Assembly (NCBI RefSeq): GCF_902652985.1
Contig: NC_047017.1
Location: forward strand, 24,986,001 to 25,050,000
DNA length: 64,000 nt
Origin: Pecten maximus
Lineage: Eukaryota
Reading direction: 5' to 3'
Shown: positions 53,026 through 64,000 of the stretch, one piece after another
Layout: every line of letters begins with the position of its first letter
How positions within the stretch are numbered: the stretch's first letter is position 1
The notes under the pieces: generated by a model
Told to the model about the DNA's origin: nothing
What the model saw: only the letters and a program-made list of their open reading frames with translations
Database searches by the model: none
Translations under genes and position numbers: made by a program

Positions 53026-55173
53026 GTTTGCCATCCTCTAACCAATTTTGTGTTTGAATTAGGATTTCGTTATTATGTCAGTATTCTGGTATTCTTTGTT
53101 GTTTTTGTAGCCGAGAGAGAAAATTATATACATATGCTGTAATGGAAGCAGCGATGACTGGCTACAAGAGGTACGGTAAACAAGACGACAACCCTCTGTT
53201 GTGTGGGAACTCATTTTCATAACGATAAACCATACAATGTTATACAACAAGCCAGAAAGGATACATTGTTCAAACTCGCTTCTAATATATTCAGACTTGC
53301 AAATGGATTCGATATTCTAAGAATCTTTTTTTTCTAAATATTGTCTGGGATATGAAAACAAAATAGTCTGATCGTATGAGTATTCTGTTTGTATCAGATA
53401 CATCAGTTATAATACGGTTAGATACAATAGCATTGTGTTCCTTTCGATTCTGTGTTGTTCAGTTTATTTGCGAGAATGAAAGAATATGTACCTCTTAATA
53501 AATAAGAGACTAAACAACCATCAACTATGTCTTGAATTAAAACAATGTTTAGGACAGCATAACTTCTTAGTTGTAAACCAGTATTAACAGTTTCTACATT
53601 AAAACACTACAAACAGGGACCATATGTTGCCAGTACGGGACACATCGTGTATAGTCTGGTTCTAGACTTTTTATTTAGACGTAACAGCGGGCATTTACTC
53701 GCAGCTTATTGGATGGCCCATGGGGGCTTATATTATACGTCGTTAGCCAATTTACACCTCCTCTACGCAGTGACGCTGTAGAATCCTACGCAGTGCGTGG
53801 TCTCCTAGGAACCATTTCTACCCAACCTTCAGAATTTCATTCATCAAAGCGTTGAGTTAACAATGAAGGCTGATTTTACAGACGAATAACAGGAGACTGT
53901 AAAGCAGAATTTAACCTACCTCATAGAGTTGCTTTAAACACCAGGTTTTAGATAATTATATTATATATATTCGCCATTTTATGTTGTACAAAACACGTGT
54001 TGGTAGAATTTCTGTCGAGGCTGATCAGGCTGCTAGTACATTGACGTAGGCACTTGTAAAGAAAAGACCTTTCTTATCGCACTGCATGATTAGAAGCGGT
54101 TATTTTCCTCCATGCTGTCTGATATAATTAGGAAAATTATTAAAAACTGATTCTTTTATTTCCTCTTCTTTAACTTACTTTTATGTTTTGTCGATATATC
54201 ATTAGCTGTCCGCCTGTGTATGACCCTGTTGCGAGGATGTTAGACTTGGAACAAAACAAAAACGGACTATATGTATAACACCCCTAGTCGTTAGTACCGT
54301 GATCGTACTATGTACAGTGTTGAGTGACAGACCATCATCAATAATAGACAACACATCACTTACATATCGCTTAATTTGTTAAAACGTTTGATGCTTTGAC
54401 TATCGTATACTGGTACTAAAGTAAAGGGAGAAATAATGGCAAGTTAGTCTCGTCAATAATGGATGTTAATGCCCGGGCTGTGCGGGACTACTATAGTGTT
54501 TAGATGGAATACACATATTATACAGGACTTCGGACACGAGCCAGCTAACAGGCTAGGTCGGCCAAGGTAATCACCCTCCTCATAAGACACTGAAGAATAT
54601 TGGTCAACAATGCAGATAACAACATAGATAGGACAATGTGTATTTATTCTATAATTTGGAGTGTTCCGTCCTTCCAACAGATATAATGCAACTAACAATG
54701 CAAATAAGAACAAACTTAGGGTTATATACTAAGGTTATCTAACATAATGATATATATCTCAGATAGGTAAGTATGTGCTACTCAATTTATATTACGAAAT
54801 TGTGGCCATCATTTAAATGACTCCCGGCTATCGTCCTATCGGTCAGAGCCATACGTTTCATATATTTGGAGCTTCCTGCATGGTTACGTGCATCAACCAA
54901 GTGTAAACAAATACAGAATTTACGGTTTCTCTGTGGAACCATTAGTGATCGTAAACACTGAAATAGCCGGACGAAAGTGAGATTAGTGTAGCTACATCAA
55001 ACATTCATACATCTGATAATATGTAGTCTTAATAGGCCGCGGTGAAGCGCATGTACCGCTATCGTTATTGTGAGTAATTCTTTATGTCGTGTTTTTACAT
55101 AATCGAACAGGTTACATATTGACAATGTAAGTAATTTGTTGGTTATCAGTATTGTCAACGTTACGTTCCGCAG

Positions 55174-55344
55174 TCCCCGTACAGCGGAGGGAAAATCTTT
55201 GCCAGTCATCTGTAGCGCAGGCAGGGGTGAGAGTGGATCTGGTATAACCTGGCAGTCGATCTATGATACACCGCATTTCAGCGCCGTGGCTGCTCAGCTT
55301 CGGAATCTTGACTTGGAGCGGCTCCGTGAACCATTCCAGCAATG
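55174..55344 (+). CDS. Candidate symmetric internal exon (PRTAEGKSLPVICSAGRGESGSGITWQSIYDTPHFSAVAAQLRNLDLERLREPFQQ)
   Basis: Acceptor ttccgcag|, 171 bp (phase 2-2), only one + frame open, GC-rich against background; donor gtatcg is weak; no recognised homology. Confidence 0.3.
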
Positions 55345-58300
55345 GTATCGTATACGTACGATATCCAGTATACTAGTACTGTCAATACAATATATTAGAC
55401 CGATCAGGAATATACTTGGCGTGCCGTAATGATACCGGTAGTCGGTAGATTGTATGTCTATTTAAAGGTTTGGTGAGAAAAGGAAAGTATCACTGAGCTA
55501 TTGTTGTACTACACTGCTCGGGGTTTTTGACACTGGCAGAACTATTAATTGGAACATTAAACATTCACGGGAGGTGACACTAAAGGTCTATAGAGGACTT
55601 CTGGAATTACCTCCATGTCCCGGACAGCTGGTGGGGCGCCTTATAACTACCGTGCGCCCTCAACTGTAGCGCTCATACCTAGCGTTGACATATCCAGTCC
55701 CTGTAGCATACGTATAGGAGATAATACTATTTGTGTGTGAAAAAAACCTACATCTGTGACAGTCGGCTTACTTCTACGTGAATTGTGTGCAGGTCTATCA
55801 TTGTGTGTAACACATGCTCATGACGTTCGTGTCTAGTGAACGAAATATTTGATTTATAAAAATATATATCAATACAACGGAATATAAGGGCTTTGATGGA
55901 TATAACAATGGCCCGAATAACTGTAGTTTTTGAGTATACATTCCAGAGTTCCCTACGCATTCGGAACTAGTTTTAGCTGTGGATTTTACGTTCATGGAAC
56001 CATATAGTAATGGGATATGGAGATGTCCCTGTTCGGATTCTTACCCTGGCCGCTATGGGATTGATCATAAAAATCCTCATTGACGCTAAGGTTGGTACAT
56101 TATATTTATTTTTCATGAAAAAAAAAAATATATATACATTTTCAGCAAAAAAGTCGAAGCTGACACCGCAATACCTCATAAAACTACGAAAAAATCGTTT
56201 ATTGTGATATATAGGATTATAAAAATGATAAACAGTAAAGAAGATATTGCCATTTCTTTTAAAATACATAATAAATATATTGGTTCTCGGCGTACTGTAC
56301 ACGTGGGACCCATTAAGTTCCAAATGATACTGGAAATATGTAAGGAATATCGTTTTGTTTGTCAACCTAAATTATGTTTTCTTTGAAAACAAGGGTATCC
56401 GACTACAACGATACGCCGTCTATCAACTGGCCGACAATGCACCTGTTTTTCCCATACACTTTGTATAGCCGTCGCCCTCTGCTGTGACGGGACCTTTTCA
56501 ACAGGCATCTCGGGGACTTCCGTGTTATTTAAATTTACACCATGCATTTAATATACATCAACACTCATTAGTGGGGCCAACCCAAACTTTCCCTCCGCCA
56601 CCCTTGGTGTCGCAGTGTTTGTGTAAACACTCTCTGTATTTTTATACACATCCGTCAAACTTTGTCAAACAAATTGCAGCCTTGGTTATTTTTACTAATA
56701 AATTGTTACTGGGTCAGGCATAGGCCGTGATATGACCCCAGGGGACTTGCCCGTGACCCCCGGGTCAAACTAACTCGTCTTATCTCCCCGTAGTATGGAG
56801 TTTTACATCTGTAAGGGCAGGTGCACTGGCTACTGCCTGTGGCAGCTACGATAAACTCAGCAGTAAGCTCCACTTGACAGTCGAAACGTCAGAAAACTTT
56901 TCATCTACATCAGATTGACTTAATCTAGTATAGTGTAGCGTCGTAAAGAACGACTCTGATGACAGATCTCTCGCGGGCGACAGTGGCGATGTGACAGAGA
57001 AGCTAGAGACAAAAGACAATATTGTCTGTAAAATAAAACAAAAATCGTGCGACAAAAGCTCTTGTCAAAAATTGTCATTTTTAGAAATAAGTTGATAGCC
57101 TGTAACTAATAAGTTTAGTCTTCCTGGGGAAATTATAATTGTAAAGGACAATGTGTTCTATACCCTCGCAAGAACGAGCGTTGGAGGTCTTTCTGTTTCT
57201 CCATTCATCCCCGAGACGTGCTAGAGTTGTTAGGCCAAGCAGTTCATTGTGTCAGTCTGTCGGAAGTGGAGTTGATGAGGAGATTTAGACAGGAGAGCTC
57301 CACTGGCCCTTCCGGCTGTCACATGTCCCTGCTATGAACATGTCGATAATCATGTGCATTGGTCGAATGCACTCAAACTATGTGTTAACGAACGTGTCGA
57401 CAAGACAAGGCAAGATGCAGAGGGGTTAAATTTTGGTCGATTATCTTTTGTAGTATACTTTATGATCAAAAACATCTACTTAACAAACAAAATATTTACA
57501 CAAACCCTGAGCAAAATAAATCCGTTCCTAATATTATAGTCTCAACCTATGTTTCCCAATTTTGACACATGGTATTAAATGTGAGAAGAGATTGGATTGA
57601 AAGGATTTGAAATACTTTGATCTATAGTAGATATGAAAGGTTATTTGAGCTCAGAATATGACAGTGTGTAGGGTCCCCAGTGAATGTCACCAAAGCTTTA
57701 AGTCTTACTTTTATTCAAATAAATATTATAAAGGCCCGAGAAGCTGATATCTATGTATTTGATCAACTTGACCACATCGGCACTCCGTTTAATGTGACAA
57801 AACCCTCGAGGCCGGTAATTGTAAACGTGATCGTCCCATCGTTTACAATTAGAAGATAGCACGTTTAGTGTGGTATATATAATAACTAGGGTCGTTTTCG
57901 CGAACGTCTCAAATATTCAAATCACAAAGAAAACTGCAAAGATGTTTTATTAAACACACGATTTGTGTAGGAAACAACAAAAGGATCGGGCTGTTGTACT
58001 CAAACCAACCTTAATAAATATGTCGTTTGCAAAGTTTCATCGCTCGAGTAAAAGACATGTCGTATGGCGAATATGATGCTTAATGAGATAAAGTTGGCCT
58101 GGTTTAACAAAGGCAAAGGGAAGCTTTTATTCATCAGTGAGGAGCATTGTGTTCCCCGCGCTTTGTATGGTCATAGTACGTTTTTATTGTATATCTGTAG
58201 TAATTACTGTAAAAAAGGATAAACATATCGGCCGAGAATACGAATCAGACAAAAAAGGAAAATCTCTAATTGTCATGCTTGTATAAAGGTGTGCCAGAAG

Positions 58301-61300
58301 ATATTACAGGGATTGAACTGTTGATAAGTAGAGAATCGGATCAGGCTACACATCCGGAGTAATGTCATTATTGTTTATATTATTGTATATGAACCTTACA
58401 TACAGTTCAAGGTTATCAAAGTAAAAAGTAGATTTACACGTATAGGAATTGTATTTGTAAAATTAGAAGGCTGTGAACAAACAAATACACATTGAATAGT
58501 ATATTTGAGAACTTGATTGACCTTATTATTTTTTTCTGAGTTTATCGACCTGTTAATTGTTAAGAATAATATTATTTTGAAATCGATACCTTAATGACCA
58601 ATAGAAAATCCATGTACTATTGTGCTACATGAATTGTGGAAAATTCGTGAAAGTCTTTCAATACAGTTTTCTTCACTTCTAGCCGATAATCCTATTGTTC
58701 TATAGTTCTGGTCTGGTATATCACAATGCGCATGATTAAATAACCCTTCAATTTATCCTCTTTATAAACATCTGGTGTCAGAAAGTCAATAGGAGATTCC
58801 GGCTCCTTTCACCAAGTCCGTTTTGTTGTTTAGTTAGCAATGTTTACAGATCGATGGCTGAGTAAATAAATTGTTTGATGTCGCTGTCGGCGTCCTCAGA
58901 ACGACACATACTTCTGTAGTGTTACCAGAAACACCGTATTAACACAGAGTCTATTATTTACAAGTCCTATGAGGGTTTTTTCATTTACTTATTTGCTATA
59001 TAAATGTCTATACGCGCGAGAAGCGCCACAGCACCACAAGAAGCGGATTATAGCCGTTAATTGAATTAATTCTAGACATTTGAACTTCTTAAAATCTCAT
59101 GCCAGGGAGATGTTAAATTATTCCTTCGGAAACACACCATGTAATCAAATAAGAAGAACGTATTTCAATCCAATTCCAGACATTTACAGACAAATACAAA
59201 GAGTAGACATGGAATGTCTTTCTTCTAAAATTTAATATTAGGGGAAGTGGTTCAGCAAGGTCCAAACGGATAATTATCAGGATGAGGGAGGCCTTATCCT
59301 TCATGGTTTGAATTAGCAATACACTGTTGTTTGTTATGCAATAAACACAACAAGTTCGTGCATAATTCATCCGTACGTGTGTGAGGAAAGTTCCAGGGCA
59401 TCACAAGCCTTGTTAAACAGACTAGAGAACACAGACCAGCAGCTTTTATTAACTACATGTGGAGATATAATAACTAGGGTAGAGGTTATAATGTCTAGAT
59501 CTCATTATTTACATATGTCATATACATGTCAGTGCATTTGTTAGCCACGTTTAACACCAGCTGATACCATACAACTTCGGACGCGGAGTAACTAGCAGCT
59601 CGTGTACTGCCTCTATGAGATCGAACTATGTCCGTAAAATCCTACTTTTTGTAAGGTGCCCTGTCACCGTGTGAGCGTACTGATGTCAGTCAATTTCATT
59701 ACACTCGGGGAGATTGTATTTAAGGGGCATGTCAGCTTTTATGAAACTTTTAAAACCATATAGATTGGCTTGTGTCTACTTAGGTTGTGTTTTTTTCCGA
59801 TAGCGACAACCGTTAACTGAACTGGCATATCGGACAAAACGAGTCCAGATGTCAGGAGTGTTATCTCTTGAATACAATTGACGAGACGTTCATCGATGCA
59901 GTGACGCGAAATGCCAGCGTGTTTCTGTAAACATATACTGTAGGACAGTACCAGAGGCCTGATCCAGGTCCCACTGTTTGGTAGCGATGCATTCCTCTCT
60001 CCCAGCACTCCACCTCCTCCCTCCTCCTCCCATACTTCAAACATCACCGTGCTACTCACTAAAGTTATTTCTCTCCTACAGCATAATATTCTAAAAGAAA
60101 TATTTCTACTGACATGTATAACTGTATTTCATATGTAAGCGTCAAGTGTACAGAAAGTTTTGCGTGCTCTTTGGAAATTTCGTCTGAAACTGGTACATAT
60201 TCGACAAAAATAGCTCACTTACACATTTGCTTGCACACGTGTGACTTACATGTATATATTTACAATGTCATGTTTATTTGATTGTACATACGGAGGACCA
60301 GTAGTCGTTTTGTCTGTATATATACGTAACATTCCTCGGTTGTAGTGCGAGTCTACAGGGCTCTGGGACATTTCACACGCAACAATATAACACTACGCGC
60401 GCCAGACGACCAAAATGAACACAGCAGCTAGGGGCATCCAAATTGCAGCCTTTTAATTAGGAGTATTAATTATCTCCATGGGTCTGCCCAGAACAAAGCC
60501 TTGTTCGTGTGTGGGGCGATGTGATGAGCCTTCGTAAAGCATGCAATTAGCACGGTAGCCAGCTTAGCTGCTCGTGTTGTGACAGACGATAAGTTCGTCA
60601 GTGTTGTTCCTCATAACTTTTTTCATTGAACTGGACCCACCCGCATACATTAAGAGACTGTAATTGGTATGTGACTGGTAACAAACTCGTCCATGCCGTG
60701 TAAATAGCAATAAGTCATGTTGTACATAACAAAGAGACTATTTTGACAGAAAACATTTCTCCCCAATATTATATTTTCGTCCAACACCAACGCCATACCG
60801 CCGCTGATAAAAAATGAATATTTATCTTATCGGCAAACACATCTTGACCGTTCATAATCCAATTATGGATGCACGCGCTTCTTATTAGCACCACGCGATA
60901 GCATTAGCCCTAAAATTAGCTCGTGACAAAAGCGAGAGAATTACTGTCACACCTCCTCGAGGGATTCGATATGGAATCTCATCATATACGTATCGAATGT
61001 CTGCCTATGTTAAAGACATGGGGCACAGGATTACTGGAAAGCATGCATGACTGGGCATATGTATGTCGCTTAGTTACATGGTTTAAACAATGTAAGGATC
61101 CATGTGGCATGTAGCCTTAATGTAACGACAGTCTGTGTATAAGCTTTACAAACTTACATTCGGAGTGAAAAAAAAACACATAAAAAGTGGCAGAATAACA
61201 AGTACGGTTGCACGTTCTCAGCGCCCCGACTCTTTTTTTTTTTGAGTCTGTATCCTTGTCCATCTACAAGTCGCTGTATTTATTTGTACTCCTCTTTATA

Positions 61301-63757
61301 GCTGTGTAATATATCAATAAGCATTACATGCTGCTAACGTGTTTTAAATTACATTATCCGAAAGGTAATATATTTTCATTACATTATCCGAAAAGACAAG
61401 TATTCTCTATTGTAATAAGTTTCACCTGTTCACTATCAAATTATCCGAAGTGTTATGCATGTTACTGCTATTTTTCTTATGCTTTCTCGTTGGATTATGC
61501 ACAGATTAAATTATACTACAAAGTACACGTTGCTGAAAGTACACCGCGTTCCAAGCACGGCCATGTCCATGGTGTCAGGTTTTTTTTCATCAATTGTAAC
61601 ATTATGCATTGGTGTGTTTCATATCACAAGTGCTTTGAATATTATAGTAGATTCTAATTCCATACGGACGTTGTTAAATCGCTGTCTGTTTAAGTATTTA
61701 TTACTATTGTGTGGAAGATATCAGAACTACATGTAGTAGGTGGTGGTCAAAAGGTCGAGTTATTGAAGTAAAACATCTGCGATTAGTCTAGTTTGTACAG
61801 TCCCTGGGATACAATCTGGCCACCCCCGGGCTTATTCATGTACATGTAGTAAGAGGGTGAAATTGTTGTCAAGGGAAATCAGGGTTTCATTTTTCACACC
61901 CGGAAGAGATGTCTTTACATATAGAGTCGCAGATCACACGGTGCCAGGTGTTAGCGCCGATGGACTTTCTCCAGTTGCACAATTTTGTCCTGGGACTACT
62001 GGATGACATTTTTGCCTTGGGGACTACTTAATGTGTATCTGGCTCGTGGCTCGAACCTTGGTCTCCGCTTTAAAGTCCCTTAGCAACGTAATCACGTTGA
62101 TCAATTACAGACAGATGCCGAACTCTCGCCGATAACGTTAACATGATTGTACGTAACAGCCCGGTTCTCCAATATTTAGATTACGAGACACGTGTATCCA
62201 GAAAAATTATTGCCTGGCCCCGTGTGTTACATAAATGTACGAGGGCACTTTTTACGTATAACATAATACTGTTAATGTATATATTTCGCTGAAAAAGTAC
62301 ATCAATCCATCCTTTGGGGTGATTCAATCCCGAACAGACCGTCTGTATAGACAACTAACATATGAAATGTCCATGTTTACGAATTCTTCGTGTACATGGT
62401 ATGCATATGTCTGGAATTCGATGTTCTCTTCATCAGGAGAATATTGATTGCAGTTTTAATCAGGCAGATTACCAGCACCACCGTGTGACCTGCACGCGCC
62501 CAAGGCCAGCCTCGATCTGACAGATCAATGGTTGCTGTTACTCAAGGTTGTGGCCGTGATTCTCCCTTGTGCCATTATAGATTTATGTATTCTTATAATT
62601 TTCCTTTTAAAATCAATCATAAAAGTTAGTTTGACGATTAAAATTCACAAACCATCATCTGTAAGCTCACTGAATATTTAAAAAAAAAATGATGCAATAA
62701 ACCGCGGGGAAACATAAAACATAATGTTTTAAAAACGAGGATAACAGTGTATTTGTATTATCATTGTGTATTATCATTGTGAACTCCCTCTCCTCTTCCC
62801 GTGTTACTTTTTCACCCAAACAATACACAATGTCTATACAATGATTCCACGGCAGTGCTATCTGCAGAATACGCAATTATTTTAATACGAAATCAATTTT
62901 GCTGACAACCGGTGATCAATTGTCGATGTCAACATTAAACGCAAGCTATAAATCTTAACTTTTAAATAGTAGCTTTTTTAGAAATGAAAGTGAAAAACAT
63001 AATAAACAGGTTTTTTTTTTTTTAAATCTCTGTTTCGTGTCAAAATCGATTACCGACAATTTCGCATATTTTTAATTTCAAAATTATTTTTGAACTAGTC
63101 TGGCTTTGAAATAAACATGATTTAGTGCTTTTGTTATCTGTCAGTCATCAACAGCTTTCATCACTTACGTATATCGCGTTTTACATGCCGCCTATATTTT
63201 GATGTGTCACAGGGAAAGTTTACAAGTAACGTACAATGCTGTGTAACTCCCCCAACGTGAACGTCTGCCCGAAACAATTAATGTCACGACTGACGGGCTT
63301 GGGTCATTTCCTCGGCAGGTATTCAATTATCCTAATATTTCTATCGATATAGATCAATTAAGCCTATTCAATATCGAAGTAGTGTAGTGCGAAACGAGAG
63401 ATCCCGGTAATTAATGACCGTATACAATTTCCCCTTACACATCATGTCCATTTCAGCGCGTACCTAACGACCACACGAGATGTGTTATTACACACTAGCG
63501 TAATGGAAGTCCGACAAGAGAGGTCGGAAGACATACAGTAACTATATATGTGGGCTTATTGGATGAACATCGCGAGAGCATCGTGTATGTGTCTATGGAT
63601 ATGTAGAGTGATTTTTATTGAAGAACAGACTTCGATTGTAAGGTTTCTTCGTATTGTCCTGCCATTTTGAATTGACTAGATGACCAGGACTTGCCTATAC
63701 GACATTGGCCTTTTTATATAAAATTCACGCGCATATTATAGAATTCTTTATTTTGTG

Positions 63758-63783
63758 ATATATATATATATATATATATATAT
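63758..63783. repeat. (TA)n microsatellite
   Basis: About 13 consecutive TA units. Confidence 0.95.
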
Positions 63784-64000
63784 CACAAGACGCTTATATA
63801 CATATTATGTGTTATATGTCGTTACGTATGTTAACAGCTTTGTAGACTATAACGACAAGCGTATATACACTTACAATGACATTAAGGGGTCTCTACATTA
63901 GACTTTACGTCCAGTACAATATAGTGTTACAATGTCGTGATGTTTCCCATAACACCGCAAATGTCCTGCCATGGTTCGCCGTACATCACGTGATATACAG

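Noticed and set aside
59739-60059. 106-aa minus-strand ORF
   Set aside because: Non-ATG start, low-complexity (cct)n tract, no recognisable domain.
60735-60840. Possible Helentron/pearl-type element 3' end
   Set aside because: Resemblance too weak; no terminal hairpin or second copy in the window.
62410-62440. Minus-strand CTGATGA...CGAA hammerhead-like motif
   Set aside because: GAAA box is absent and no stems I or III can be formed. A similar weak case near 7018 was also rejected.

Overview
This is AT-rich eukaryotic (metazoan) intergenic or intronic DNA. The repeat families (V-domain tRNA-SINEs, Penelope-like RT relics with minimal hammerhead tails, satellite-carrying MITEs) suggest a marine invertebrate, probably a bivalve; that is inference. 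I see no intact protein-coding gene, rRNA, bona fide tRNA, CRISPR array or prokaryotic system. All ORFs over 130 aa come from tandem repeats or the antisense strand of a SINE. Supported content: tandem arrays with 55, 38, 31, 65, 20, 23, 43, 40 and 48 bp units; two SINE copies; an internally deleted D,D34D mariner with TIRs and TA target-site duplication; two TA-flanked MITEs; several degraded Penelope-like fragments sharing a 3' tail; three degenerate minimal type-I hammerhead motifs; an 85-bp element present twice in inverted orientation; and two local duplications. A few candidate exons (7270, 23570, 25647, 55174) may belong to a long-intron + strand gene but are unverified. I found no convincing new biological system. 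The best leads are the hammerhead dimer, the structured 85-bp element, the satellite-carrying MITE and the A-B'-A-B rearrangement.
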